Virus record (IMG/VR): IMGVR_UViG_3300037047_000316 | Coordinates: 1-41,530 of that record | Length of the DNA stretch: 41,530 bases | Direction: 5' to 3' (one strand) | Source of the DNA: a virus | Taxonomy: Duplodnaviria > Caudoviricetes | Part shown: in pieces, positions 24,944-34,206 of the stretch | Position numbering within the stretch: the stretch's first letter is position 1 | How the letters are laid out: each line of letters starts with the position of its first letter | Program-made: the position numbers and the translations under genes | The notes under the pieces: generated by a model | What the model saw: the letters and a program-made list of their open reading frames with translations, nothing else | The model's database searches: none | What the model was told of the DNA's origin: nothing

Positions 24944-25776
24944 TTGAGCGCCCGCGCCAGCGCGGCCTCCACCCTGCCGTCCAGGTCGCTCTCCGTGATG
25001 CTGACGCTCTTGGCGACCTCCGCCTTTACCAGCGCTTCCAGGTCGGCCAGGCGGGCCTCCACGGCGGCCTCCACCAGGGCCGACAGGGCAGCCTTGAAGC
25101 CTTCGGGCTTGCGCCCTTCCTGCCGGGGCGCCTTGGCGGCCTGGGAGGCCTTCCCGCCCTTCCTGCCGGGGCGCCCGGCCTTCGCCGGCTTGGCGTCCAT
25201 CAGGCGCACGTACTTGCGGAACGTGGGCTCGCTTATGCCGTGCTTCTTGGCGAGCTCCAGCACCGCGGCGCGGGTGCGCTCCTCTACCAGGAGGCCCGCG
25301 TAGTCGGCGCGGATCTCCGCTATCTTCTCGTCTGTCAGTTTGGTCTTCATCGTTTTCTCCTTGGGGGTTTCCGTTTCGGTTTCTGCTGCCGGCGTCTCGG
25401 CCGGGGCGGCGTTCGTCTCAGCGGCGCGGGCCTTCTGTCTCGCGTAGGCCACGTAGCCGCGGACAGTCTTGCCGGACACGCCGTACTCCTTGGCGAGGTC
25501 GGCCGCGCTCTCACCGGCCAGGTAGCGGGCCGCTATACGGTCCTTCTGCTCCTGGCTGGTGGCGGTCATGCCCAGGTCGGCGGCGCTCACCGCGTTGCGG
25601 CCAGCCACCGCTGCCTGGTTGGCGGCCTTGCGCTTCTCCACCGCCGCCTCTATCTCGCGCCAGTTGGGTGCGGCGTTCTTTTCGCCGCACTCGGAGCAGA
25701 TGCAGTCCCGGCCGCCCAGGTGCATGTGCTCCTTGTAGTCGCCGCAGGTCTTGCAGTACAGGGTCGCGTCGGCCAT
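24940..25776 (-). CDS. Zn-ribbon plus helix-turn-helix DNA-binding protein
   Basis: CKTC...CSEC; GESAADLAKEYGVSGKTVRGYV; second HTH ELAKKHGISEPTFRKYV. Confidence 0.7.
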   Translation of the reverse strand: MADATLYCKTCGDYKEHMHLGGRDCICSECGEKNAAPNWREIEAAVEKRKAANQAAVAGRNAVSAADLGMTATSQEQKDRIAARYLAGESAADLAKEYGVSGKTVRGYVAYARQKARAAETNAAPAETPAAETETETPKEKTMKTKLTDEKIAEIRADYAGLLVEERTRAAVLELAKKHGISEPTFRKYVRLMDAKPAKAGRPGRKGGKASQAAKAPRQEGRKPEGFKAALSALVEAAVEARLADLEALVKAEVAKSVSITESDLDGRVEAALARALK

Positions 25777-25777
25777 A

Positions 25778-26263
25778 TCAGAACATCTCCTGGGGAATCG
25801 GCGCCGGCATGGCCCGCGGCTCGATGTGCTGGTCCGGGTTGTAGTCCTGGCCGAAGCTCGGCCGGAACTGCTTGGCCGTGGCTTCCTGCATGGCCTTGGA
25901 GAGCTTCACATGGCGCAGCACGCCGGTGCTCAGCTCCTCCTGGCTGAAGGTGGGCGTGGCCTTCGAGGCGCGCAGCAGGGAGAAGATGCTCTCCCGCGTG
26001 AAGCCGGCCGCGCGCCCGGCCTGCCACACGATCACGTCCTGGATGTAGCCGCACTGCACGCACCTGACGGTGCGGGCCACGTCCAGGTTGGGGCCGTCAG
26101 CCTTCTGCAGGCGCACCACCTCGCTGACCATCACGGTGCCGATGTCGGGCTGGCCGTATACGCCAGTGCTCACGAAGCAGTTCTTGCAGCGCACGGTGCG
26201 GTCCAGCACTACCGGCCCGTCCGCGCTGCTACCGCGCTTTTTCTTGCTGCTGTTCCAGCTCAT
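25778..26263 (-). CDS. Zn-finger protein downstream of the replication initiator
   Basis: RCKNC...RCVQC; GGAGG RBS. Confidence 0.55.
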   Translation of the reverse strand: MSWNSSKKKRGSSADGPVVLDRTVRCKNCFVSTGVYGQPDIGTVMVSEVVRLQKADGPNLDVARTVRCVQCGYIQDVIVWQAGRAAGFTRESIFSLLRASKATPTFSQEELSTGVLRHVKLSKAMQEATAKQFRPSFGQDYNPDQHIEPRAMPAPIPQEMF

Positions 26264-27233
26264 AGTTCCTCCTGAGTTCGTCCCACGTTATGCCATCGCC
26301 CCATTCAGGCTTGCTCCAGTCCTGCATGAGGTACTTCCAGTTCCAGTCCTTCTTGCTGTCGGCCTCGTACTCCCTGGCGAAGTCCTTGATGGCCACGCAG
26401 GCCCGCTCCGCGTCGCCGCCGTTGAGTGCGAGGAAGTCCTTGGCGTCGTAGAAGACGGCCTTGGAGCGCAGGTAGGAGCTGCGGGCTATGGCGTTGCAGA
26501 ACTCCACGCCCTTGGCCTCGCAGTAGGCGGCGGCTACCTTGAGAATGTCGGGTTCCGGGAATTGTCTTTTACTGCCGTTTGCTTTGTTCTCGGGCCCCGA
26601 GCCCTTAGGCGAGGGGGAAGAAGACGGCGAAGCCGGAGAGGGGGCGGGGCGGCTGGCCGGGGGGGGCGGGGCGGCGGCGGTATCAGTTTTAACCTTATCC
26701 GTAGCGACAACATTATCGTTATGGATAGCCTCCTCCCCTCCCCCTTTTCTCTTATTTAGTTTACTTTGTGGTTTTTCGGGGGAAGTTATCCCGACAGCTT
26801 GGGGGGTTTCTTCCGCTGGAAACTCCTGTGTGTCGGGATTTCTTACCGGTTTCCTCGTAAGAAACTCGGGACGGCCCGGAAGCGGACAGACCCGGTTCTT
26901 GTAGGCGTCGGCCACGTTGTCTACCAGCGCCTGGCACCAGATGACGCGGCTGTTGAACCACAGCTCGGGGTCGATGTTTTCCATCTTGGCCAGGGCGTTG
27001 AGTATCTCGATGGCGGTTTCTTCGGTGACGCGGGTTTTGCCCAGGAAGACCTGCCGGCGGTAGTTGTTGGTGAAGTCGAAGTAGTGCCCGTCCGCCTTGC
27101 AGAGTGACTCCAGGAGCTTGAACCAGAAGGCGTAGCCGTGGATGCCCCAGAGGCTTTCGAGGGTGGAGATGGTGTCTCCGCTGTCTGCCATGTGCGGGAA
27201 GTAGTCGACTGTCTGTTTGAGTGGGCGGGCCAT
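26229..27233 (-). CDS. Phage replication initiator (DUF4373/Lin1244-like N-terminus)
   Basis: MARPLKQTVDYFPH...GYAFWFKLLE; central low-complexity linker carrying iteron-like repeats. Confidence 0.8.
   Translation of the reverse strand: MARPLKQTVDYFPHMADSGDTISTLESLWGIHGYAFWFKLLESLCKADGHYFDFTNNYRRQVFLGKTRVTEETAIEILNALAKMENIDPELWFNSRVIWCQALVDNVADAYKNRVCPLPGRPEFLTRKPVRNPDTQEFPAEETPQAVGITSPEKPQSKLNKRKGGGEEAIHNDNVVATDKVKTDTAAAPPPPASRPAPSPASPSSSPSPKGSGPENKANGSKRQFPEPDILKVAAAYCEAKGVEFCNAIARSSYLRSKAVFYDAKDFLALNGGDAERACVAIKDFAREYEADSKKDWNWKYLMQDWSKPEWGDGITWDELRRNYELEQQQEKAR
26745..26870. repeat. Putative replication origin: iteron-like palindromes plus an AT-rich tract inside the initiator gene
   Basis: GTTTCTTCCGCTGGAAACTC and GTTTCCTCGTAAGAAACTC plus degenerate copies, next to TTTTCTCTTATTTAGTTTACTTT. 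Confidence 0.55.
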
Positions 27234-27523
27234 TACCGCACCGCCTTGAGTGCTACTACGGCCTCGTAGTTGGCTATCTCCCACGCCTTGAGCGCCATGT
27301 CGAAGTGTTCCTGGGTGGTGACGCCGGCTTTGGCGTCCTTCCAGATATCTTCTAACGCGGTCGCGGCGGCCTCCAGCTTGGCGTTTACGAGGGGTAAGGT
27401 GTCTTTAAGGTCCTTGGGGCTTATGCGGTGTCCCCAGGCCCTGGAGACGCGCTCTAAGGCCTTTTCTGCGGCCTTCTGGCGGCGGCGCTCTGCCGCGGCT
27501 GCTGATGTGGTGTTTGTGATCAT
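27233..27523 (-). CDS. Hypothetical helical protein (96 aa)
   Basis: ORF with RBS, TAATG-coupled to the initiator. Confidence 0.6.
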   Translation of the reverse strand: MITNTTSAAAAERRRQKAAEKALERVSRAWGHRISPKDLKDTLPLVNAKLEAAATALEDIWKDAKAGVTTQEHFDMALKAWEIANYEAVVALKAVR

Positions 27524-27524
27524 G

Positions 27525-27656
27525 TTATCTCCCTGCGAAGTAGGCCAGCGCTCCGAACATGAGCGCGGCGAGTGTGTAGACGGTGAGCCAGCCGGCCGGG
27601 GCGAGCTTGCGGCCGGTTCGGCGGATGTCTGGGGTTATTCGGTCCGGGTGTTGCAT
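27525..27656 (-). CDS. 43-aa single-TM peptide (not in the ORF track)
   Basis: AAGGAGG-cgaa-ATG; MQHPDRITPDIRRTGRKLAPAGWLTVYTLAALMFGALAYFAGR. Confidence 0.5.
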   Translation of the reverse strand: MQHPDRITPDIRRTGRKLAPAGWLTVYTLAALMFGALAYFAGR

Positions 27657-27826
27657 TTCGCCTCCTTGGGGGCCGGTGCCGGCGGGGGCAGGTGCGCGGC
27701 CTGGCAGCCGCCGCGCCAGTAGGCGCAGGTCTTGCCGGCAGCGTCCTTGCAGTCCTTGAAACCGGGGTGGTAGCAGGTGTCGTCGAGCGCCCAGGCGCCG
27801 CGGTTGGTGCGGGGGAAGAAGGTCAT
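27635..27826 (-). CDS. Cys-rich hypothetical protein (63 aa)
   Basis: MTFFPRT start behind AAGGAGG. Confidence 0.45.
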   Translation of the reverse strand: MTFFPRTNRGAWALDDTCYHPGFKDCKDAAGKTCAYWRGGCQAAHLPPPAPAPKEAKCNTRTE

Positions 27827-27969
27827 ACGGCCTCCTTCCAGAGGTGCTTGGCTATGGCCAGGCAGCCGCGGAGCCGCGTGGGGACCTCCCAGGCGCGTGT
27901 GGTGTGGCCTGGGCGGCGCAGGGTGAACCACCAGCCGGAGGGGATAGCGCGTCTTACGGTGATGCTCAT
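27823..27969 (-). CDS. 48-aa hypothetical protein (not in the ORF track)
   Basis: MSITVRRAIPSGWWF..., ATGA-coupled on both sides, GGAGG RBS. Confidence 0.4.
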   Translation of the reverse strand: MSITVRRAIPSGWWFTLRRPGHTTRAWEVPTRLRGCLAIAKHLWKEAV

Positions 27970-28343
27970 TTGCGTACCTCCAGCGGCTGGATGTAGGGCT
28001 TTCCATCGGCGGCGGCCGGCCCGATCAGGATCTCTTCGTTGTGGCAGTGCTTGCAGCGGTAGATGGTCCAGTTCTGGCCGGAGTAGAGGTAGGGGTTCTC
28101 GTGGTAGCGCATGGCGGCCAGCTCGTACTCGTGCTTGCTGTGCTCGCAGATGGTGCGCTTGGTGGTGTAGCGCACCGTGAAGGTGGCCGAGACCGTGAAC
28201 TTCTTGGCGCAGTTCTCACATTCGAGTTCAGCCTCTTCTTCGTCTGCCAGGTGGACGTCCTCGTAAGGGTGCTCGGCGCCGCAGTAGGGGCAGACTATTT
28301 CCTTCAGGCGTTCGGTGTCTTCCTGCTCGAGTATTTCCTTCAT
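27966..28343 (-). CDS. Zn-finger protein
   Basis: CPYC...CENC...CEH...CKHC. Confidence 0.6.
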   Translation of the reverse strand: MKEILEQEDTERLKEIVCPYCGAEHPYEDVHLADEEEAELECENCAKKFTVSATFTVRYTTKRTICEHSKHEYELAAMRYHENPYLYSGQNWTIYRCKHCHNEEILIGPAAADGKPYIQPLEVRK

Positions 28344-28663
28344 AAGATCTCCTTCTTGGCTTTCGCTATGGCGGCGCGGACCTGGTCCAGCAGCGGCCCG
28401 AAGCCTATTGCTCCCGAGGCCTCGGCCGCTTCGAGCGCGACCAGCATGTCCGGGGCCGCGGAAATCAACGCGGCGTTAGCGGCGTTCTGCTTGAACACGA
28501 AGCCGTCGGCGCAGGGGGCCACGTAAACGTGGAGGGTGTGTTCCGCGGATACCCACTGAGGCATGTCCTGCCTGTTCCAACCTTTGTTTCTCGCTTCCTG
28601 TTCCTTCCCTAACGGGCCGCTCGCTATCCACGGCCCCGGCGTGTATTTAGGCTTCTCGCTCAT
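28340..28663 (-). CDS. Conserved phage early protein
   Basis: KYTPGPW...ANAALISAAPDMLVAL...ARAAIAKA-type motif. Confidence 0.7.
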   Translation of the reverse strand: MSEKPKYTPGPWIASGPLGKEQEARNKGWNRQDMPQWVSAEHTLHVYVAPCADGFVFKQNAANAALISAAPDMLVALEAAEASGAIGFGPLLDQVRAAIAKAKKEIL

Positions 28664-29019
28664 ATCGCCTCCCTGGCGTAGTCCCGGTGCACCAGGATCG
28701 CGCAGCTGTTGCCCTTGGCGTTCTTGCGGCGGGCGCCGGTCTCCACCAGGACGGCGCCGTGGGCCGCGCTCTTGAGCTCGGTGACGCGGGGCCGGATGGA
28801 GAGCTCGTCTACTTCCAGGCCCATGCCCTGGAGGCGGTAGACCACCTCGTCCGCGGTGGCGCCGTTCGGGAAGAGCTTGTACTCCTGCTCCACCAGGCGG
28901 CGCAGGCGGTTGGCGTCGACCTTATCGAACGCCTCCGCGCTGCAGGCGGCCGCCGCCCCGGAGACCTGTGCCTCCGGGGTGGGGGTGCCCTGCTCGTCGA
29001 ACATGACGGGCTGCGTCAT
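28660..29019 (-). CDS. Winged-helix-like phage protein
   Basis: GATADEV...SIRPRVTEL...VETGARRKN motif. Confidence 0.65.
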   Translation of the reverse strand: MTQPVMFDEQGTPTPEAQVSGAAAACSAEAFDKVDANRLRRLVEQEYKLFPNGATADEVVYRLQGMGLEVDELSIRPRVTELKSAAHGAVLVETGARRKNAKGNSCAILVHRDYAREAI

Positions 29020-30593
29020 TCGTTGTCACCGTCCTCGTCTTCGTTCCAGCCCTTCTTGTCCAGCGGCACCTTCTTGTCGGCGTTCTGCTTTTTAACGGCA
29101 GCCTCGGTCTTGCGGCGCTCCAGCTCGAACTTCCAGTTGTCCTTGGCGGTCTTCTGTGCGGCGGCCTTGATGGCTTTGAGGTCCAAGCCGATAGCCGACT
29201 TAAAGGTCGCCACCAGTTCCGGCACGCTGTAAGTGTTCTCGTCCATCTTCATGAGCCAGAGCAGCTTGAAGATCAGGTTGGTATCGAGGTCGTTCGGGAC
29301 CACCTCGCTCCAGTCCTTGAGCCCGAGCGCCTCCGTGACGGCCTCCTTCACGCTGGCGGTCAGGTAATCCGGCACCAGTTGCACGGCCTGGTTGTGGTGC
29401 AGGGAGTAAGTGCTGACCAGCAGTTCGCGCACGAGCGCCTTGAGCGTGTGCATTTCGAAGTAAGCATCCTTTTCTTCGGCTTCCCTCTGCTCCGGGGTCT
29501 TAGAGGCCGGACCGCGGTCAGAAGGCCACAGCTCAGCTATCAGGGCCTTATCGGTGATCACAGCGAAGGCTTTGTGCTCGCCGGTGTCCACGTAGAAGCC
29601 GAAGCGCTCGGGGGTCTTCTTCATGGCCTCCTTGATCTCGGGCTTCTTGGTGAGCTCGTCCTTGATGACGGCGGTGTTCTTGCCGATGTTGTAGACGCTA
29701 TGGCCGCCTATCCAGCCGTAGGACATGGTCTTCTGGCCCAGGTACTTCATGCCCTTGAACTTCTTGGCGGAGAGGTCGGCCAGCTCGTTGTGGAAGGTCT
29801 CGGTCTTCTCGTTGAAGCAGGCGGTGTTGGTGCAGCGTCCTTCGTCGTCCTGGCCGGCCCCGTCAAAGAGCATCTTCTGGTTGGCGTCGTTGTACTGGCA
29901 GGTGCCGCAGGCTGCCTTGTCGAAGCAGGCGCCGCTCAGGCGGCAGCCGTAGTCCTGCTCTATCTTCTCGGCCAGCTCGCTCACGGTCAGGCTGCCGTCC
30001 GCTTCCAGCATCTCTTCCGCGGCCTCCTCGCGCTTGTCGGCCGGCACGCGCAGCAGCTGGTGGCCGTGGGCCGGGGTAATGCGGCCGTCGCGGATGGCGT
30101 CCCTTACATCCTCGGGCAGGCTCAGCAGGGAGATGGCGCGGTAGACGTAGGTCTCGGACTTGTCCACGCGCTCGGCCAGGGCCTTTACGTTGTAGCCGCC
30201 GTTGTCGAGCAGCTGCTTGAACGCCTGGGCTTCGTCCATGGGGTTGAGTGCTTCGCGCTGCAGGTTCTCGAGCGTCTGCACTTCGCGGGCCTGTTCCTCA
30301 TTGAGGTCGAGCACGCGGCCGGGGATGATTTTGAGGCCAGCTTCTATGGCGGCCCGCACGCGGCGGTGGCCGGCTACCAGGATGTAGCCGCCGTCAGGAT
30401 CCTGGCGGAGGATCACCGGCTGGAGCACGCCTACCTTCGCTATGTTGGCGGCGAGCTCCTTTATGTCGTAGTTGGTGCGAGCGTTGTCGCCGTTCACCAG
30501 AGTGTCGGGGTTGAAATTGCCGACCTCTATCTCCTTGTAGCCTTCGCCGGCGGAGGCCGTCTCTTTCTTAGTCTTCGTAGCTGTCTTGGTCAT
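29016..30593 (-). CDS. ParB/RepB/Spo0J-family protein (525 aa) with a Cys cluster
   Basis: GVLQPVILR, LVAGHRRVRAA, ENLQREALNPMDEA, HTH, CGTC...C.NTACF; start MTKT behind AAGGAG. Confidence 0.85.
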   Translation of the reverse strand: MTKTATKTKKETASAGEGYKEIEVGNFNPDTLVNGDNARTNYDIKELAANIAKVGVLQPVILRQDPDGGYILVAGHRRVRAAIEAGLKIIPGRVLDLNEEQAREVQTLENLQREALNPMDEAQAFKQLLDNGGYNVKALAERVDKSETYVYRAISLLSLPEDVRDAIRDGRITPAHGHQLLRVPADKREEAAEEMLEADGSLTVSELAEKIEQDYGCRLSGACFDKAACGTCQYNDANQKMLFDGAGQDDEGRCTNTACFNEKTETFHNELADLSAKKFKGMKYLGQKTMSYGWIGGHSVYNIGKNTAVIKDELTKKPEIKEAMKKTPERFGFYVDTGEHKAFAVITDKALIAELWPSDRGPASKTPEQREAEEKDAYFEMHTLKALVRELLVSTYSLHHNQAVQLVPDYLTASVKEAVTEALGLKDWSEVVPNDLDTNLIFKLLWLMKMDENTYSVPELVATFKSAIGLDLKAIKAAAQKTAKDNWKFELERRKTEAAVKKQNADKKVPLDKKGWNEDEDGDNE

Positions 30594-30955
30594 TTTCTCT
30601 CTCCTTGGGATTTGAATTTGCACTTGCTTCTGCTCGCTATTATGGCCTGCTTCTTCCTGGTGTCCAGCGCGTCCTTTTCGTTGGGCTTGCCTGTGTAGAA
30701 CAGCTCGGACGCATATAGCCACTCTGTCCGCCAGCTCACCAGGTAGTGCATGAAGTCCGCGTCCGTCGCCCGGCCGGCTCTGCTGTCCTGCCACGCCAGG
30801 GTCAGCATCTCCTGCCTGAAGCGCAGGTCGCACTGCAGGCACTGGTCGGTCCGGTTCGTCGGCTCCGGGAACTTGTGCGCCGCGTAGCCGGGCCAGACCT
30901 TCATCACGTCGTGGGCGGCCTTGACGAACTCCTTGCGGCGCTGTTCTTCGGTCAC
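30590..30955 (-). CDS. Hypothetical protein
   Basis: Coupled ORF with GGAGG RBS. Confidence 0.5.
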   Translation of the reverse strand: MTEEQRRKEFVKAAHDVMKVWPGYAAHKFPEPTNRTDQCLQCDLRFRQEMLTLAWQDSRAGRATDADFMHYLVSWRTEWLYASELFYTGKPNEKDALDTRKKQAIIASRSKCKFKSQGERK

Positions 30956-31524
30956 AGCCCCTCCATGCTGTCGGCCGACCAGGCTACCGCCGCCGCGTCG
31001 AACACGTCCGCGGGGAAGAATATCTCCCGCTTCTTTGCCGCATCAGGCTGGTACTTGGTCGGGATGCCGTAGAGGCTGGCCACGATTTCGCGGATCTGCG
31101 TGTCCTTGAGCTTGCCCTTCACGCCCAGGTTGGCGCGCACCGTGCTCGGGTGCAACTCCTCCCAGGCCAGCTCGGCGCACTCGCAGGCGGCCTTCATGGC
31201 GCCGCGCACCTCGATGCTTTCCTTGTTGTGGGCGCCGGCGCCGAGGAAGTACTGCTCGAAGGCCATGGCCGAGGGGCGCAGCTCCTGGAGCAGGGACTTC
31301 ACGGCGTTGAACCCGCTGGCGTAGAGGCGGGAGCGGTCCAGCTCCACGAAGCCTCCGGCCTGAAGTTCTCTGACTCCGGGGCGCCACTTCACCAGAGCCC
31401 AGCCCATGCGCAGGCCGGGGTCAATGGTGAGCACCGCAGGGCCGTTGCCGGCCACGGTCTCCATGCCGGGGCAGAGCCGGAAGCCGGCTCCGCCCTGCAT
31501 GATCGTCACCGAGTAGCGGGTCAT
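30952..31524 (-). CDS. RuvC-like Holliday junction resolvase
   Basis: TIDPG..MGWA, MAFEQ and DVFDAAAVA acidic motifs. Confidence 0.8.
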   Translation of the reverse strand: MTRYSVTIMQGGAGFRLCPGMETVAGNGPAVLTIDPGLRMGWALVKWRPGVRELQAGGFVELDRSRLYASGFNAVKSLLQELRPSAMAFEQYFLGAGAHNKESIEVRGAMKAACECAELAWEELHPSTVRANLGVKGKLKDTQIREIVASLYGIPTKYQPDAAKKREIFFPADVFDAAAVAWSADSMEGL

Positions 31525-31889
31525 TTCTTACCCCGGCCCTTCTTCTCTTCCTCCATCGGCAGGTACTGCTGCCTGTCGTTGTCGGTGATGTCCGTCGTCA
31601 GTTCGATGGCGCCGGTCTCGGGGTGCACGATGTCCTTGCGGCCCTCCTTCCAGTGGAACACCACCGGGCAGAGCATCTTGCGCAGCTCGCGGCCCTCGCG
31701 CACCTTGATCACCTGGCAGTCGATGGTGGCCTTGAGCATGGCCACGGTGGAGCTCACCGACTTCTTGATCATCTCCTTCTCGCTGAGCTCGAGGGTCTTG
31801 TCGGCGATGTTCTTGCGCAGCTGAGTCACCTCGTCGGCGGTGAAGGTGTGGATGGCGTCTCTCTCTATGGTCTGGGTATGGTTCGTCAT
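31521..31889 (-). CDS. Conserved phage hypothetical protein
   Basis: AAGGAG RBS; coiled coil then G.E.R...C.......G......PETG......T..DRQ pattern. Confidence 0.6.
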   Translation of the reverse strand: MTNHTQTIERDAIHTFTADEVTQLRKNIADKTLELSEKEMIKKSVSSTVAMLKATIDCQVIKVREGRELRKMLCPVVFHWKEGRKDIVHPETGAIELTTDITDNDRQQYLPMEEEKKGRGKK

Positions 31890-31903
31890 TTACTGATTTC
31901 TCC

Positions 31904-32884
31904 TTAGTTGGCTTCTTCGAACGTAACGTTCTGGCCGCCCAGGGCGGCGATGTCAGCGGCCACCTTTATCGGGCGGCTGGTGGCGAATACTGCGGTGAAG
32001 ACCATGGTCTTGACCGGCGCGGAGGACGCGACGGGGACAGCCACCGGGGGCTGCTCCGGCAGGGCGGCGGCGGGCATGGGCTCGGGGAGCGTCACCGAGG
32101 CGGGCTCCGTTTGGGCCGCTCTGGCCTTGGCGTCCTCCTGCTCCTGCTTCCTGAGCTCGATCTCGGCCTGCTCGCGGGCCACCTTCTTCTGCTGCAGGAT
32201 CAGTGTGGCGCGTTCCGGCGCGTCCGTGAGGTACTTCGACACCAGGAGGTCCAGCTCGGAGTCCGTAGCTGTCTCGCCGGCGGCTTCGTAGAGGTCGTAG
32301 ACCTTCACAAGCATGGCCGTGAACGTGGCCGAGTACTCCTTGGCTTCGGCTACGATCCTGGCCGACTCTTGCTCGAGCGCTTCCTGCATCTTAAGGATGG
32401 AGGACTTGCCCTTGATGGAGGCCGTCAGGAGCCACTCCGGCTGCTCCGAGGCGTTGCGCGGCTGGCGGCGGTGGGGGAACTCGGCCAGCGTGTCGGCCAG
32501 CTGCTTGAGCGCGGAGGCCACGGCGTCGGTCTTGAGCTTGTCCCTGCGCGTGGTCACGGCGCGGTTGAACTCGAGGCGCTTCTGCCTGGTCGTCTCCTTC
32601 ATGGTCTCGATTTCCTTGATGACCTTGGATACCTCGCCCTTGAGCGCCTTCTCGCGGATCTCCTCGAGCTTAGCCTCGGTGCGCTCGCACTCCGTGACGA
32701 ACTTCGCCGCGTCCACGAAGTCCTGGTCGGTCTCCAGGTTGGCAGCGTTGTAGCTGTCCAGCCAGTTCTTCCAGGAGTCGCGGATCTCCGGCAGCGTGTT
32801 CTTCTTGATGGAGCTCGTCACCGCGAACTCGATGGCGCCGGCGTCGAACACTCCCACAGCTTTTTCTTTAGTTGTCGTTTTCAT
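31904..32884 (-). CDS. Coiled-coil protein of the recombination module (DUF1351-like)
   Basis: Long helical protein next to the nuclease, SSB and Sak4 genes. Confidence 0.55.
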   Translation of the reverse strand: MKTTTKEKAVGVFDAGAIEFAVTSSIKKNTLPEIRDSWKNWLDSYNAANLETDQDFVDAAKFVTECERTEAKLEEIREKALKGEVSKVIKEIETMKETTRQKRLEFNRAVTTRRDKLKTDAVASALKQLADTLAEFPHRRQPRNASEQPEWLLTASIKGKSSILKMQEALEQESARIVAEAKEYSATFTAMLVKVYDLYEAAGETATDSELDLLVSKYLTDAPERATLILQQKKVAREQAEIELRKQEQEDAKARAAQTEPASVTLPEPMPAAALPEQPPVAVPVASSAPVKTMVFTAVFATSRPIKVAADIAALGGQNVTFEEAN

Positions 32885-32894
32885 AATTATCTCC

Positions 32895-33650
32895 TTAAGC
32901 CCACAGCTCCTTGGTCATGCTGTTGTTGAGGTCGAAGGCGTTCTTGAACGCCGTCAGCGCGGCCTCGAGGTTCACCGGCCGGGGTTCGAAGTCGTCGGCC
33001 TTGTCCTTACCGAAGCGCACCACGATGGCCTCGTCTACGGCCAGGCCGTAGGTTTCCTTGAACGCCTGCGCGTAGGCCGCCACCTGCAGCGGGTACTCGT
33101 CGCGCAGCGCGTTGGAGGTCTTCCAGTCGAGCAGGACCAGGCGGCCGTTCTTCCTGCGGGCGATGGCGTCCAGGCGGCCGCCGTAGCCGATGGAGACGCT
33201 GGCCACGCTGACGTCGCCGCAGATGAACTCGAGCTCTTCGCCCTGCAGCCAGGTCATGAAGTTCTCGAAGCCCTTCTGCGCCTCGGGGTCCAGCGTGGGG
33301 GCCTTGCCCATGATGAAGGCGTCGATGGCGTTGTGCACCCGGGTGCCCAGGTCCGCGGCCGAGTCCTTTATCTTGTCCGGCTGGCGGTCGGCGCGCTGCA
33401 TCAGTTCGTCCAGGGCGACATGGTTCAGCTGCTCGCCGGTGTCCATGAAGCCCAGGATCTCGGCTTTCGCCAGCTTCAAGGCCTCGCGCCGCGCCCAGAT
33501 CATGAGCGCGTTGGTCTTGCCGCCGCCGATTATTCCGAGGATCTTCGTCACGGAGATGAACGTCTTAGTCCCCACCGTGTAAAGATGCTGTCTGCGGTAC
33601 TCCTTGAAGCCGACCTCGTAGAGGGGCTTGGGTAACGTTGCGATAGGCAT
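32895..33650 (-). CDS. PD-(D/E)XK (Cas4/RecB-like) exonuclease
   Basis: SVTKIL, GTRVHNAI, YGGRLDAI, LLDWKTS and LQVAAYA motifs. Confidence 0.85.
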   Translation of the reverse strand: MPIATLPKPLYEVGFKEYRRQHLYTVGTKTFISVTKILGIIGGGKTNALMIWARREALKLAKAEILGFMDTGEQLNHVALDELMQRADRQPDKIKDSAADLGTRVHNAIDAFIMGKAPTLDPEAQKGFENFMTWLQGEELEFICGDVSVASVSIGYGGRLDAIARRKNGRLVLLDWKTSNALRDEYPLQVAAYAQAFKETYGLAVDEAIVVRFGKDKADDFEPRPVNLEAALTAFKNAFDLNNSMTKELWA

Positions 33651-33665
33651 ATTCGTTTCTCCTTG

Positions 33666-34175
33666 TTAGAACGGAACGTCGTTGCCGTCCATCGGGCTCG
33701 GCATGGGCGCCGGCGCGGGCATCTCCGGCTTATCGTCGGGGAGGGCGTAGGCTATGGACTTGATCTTGTTGCTGTACCTGGTGTAGTGCGTGCCGGAGTC
33801 CGCCACGTGGTCCTTCTCCTCCACGATCAGCTCGGCGCGGCACACGCGGCCGATGATGTCTGCCGGCCGGAAGTTGACCATGCTTTTGTCGATCGCGAAG
33901 CCGAGCGCCTTGAGGCCGTGCACCGCTATGCCGTGGCCGGCGTTGTCCTTGGGCAGCAGGGTCAGGTTGTGGAACAGCCACTTCCCGCATTTCTGCCCGT
34001 TGATGCCGAACTTGATGTTGAGCTTCGGGTCGCCGTTCTTCGACAGGCCGCGCTCCACGCTCCAGGCGGTCAGCGCGTAGCTGCCGGCCGGCACGTGGAA
34101 GGTGCGGGGCTTATCCGCGGCCTCGTCGACCGGGAAGCTCATGGGTTCGTTGATGTCCGTGATTTCTTTTTCCAT
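33666..34175 (-). CDS. Phage single-stranded DNA-binding protein (DUF669-like)
   Basis: VPAGSY, SKNGDPKLNIKF and acidic tail ending DVPF; follows Sak4. Confidence 0.75.
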   Translation of the reverse strand: MEKEITDINEPMSFPVDEAADKPRTFHVPAGSYALTAWSVERGLSKNGDPKLNIKFGINGQKCGKWLFHNLTLLPKDNAGHGIAVHGLKALGFAIDKSMVNFRPADIIGRVCRAELIVEEKDHVADSGTHYTRYSNKIKSIAYALPDDKPEMPAPAPMPSPMDGNDVPF

Positions 34176-34206
34176 TGTGTTATGTTCTCCTTGGGGTTTT
34201 TACTGT

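Noticed and set aside
32895-33650. Cas4 / CRISPR system
   Set aside because: No array or other cas genes; the nuclease sits in a Sak4-SSB recombination module.
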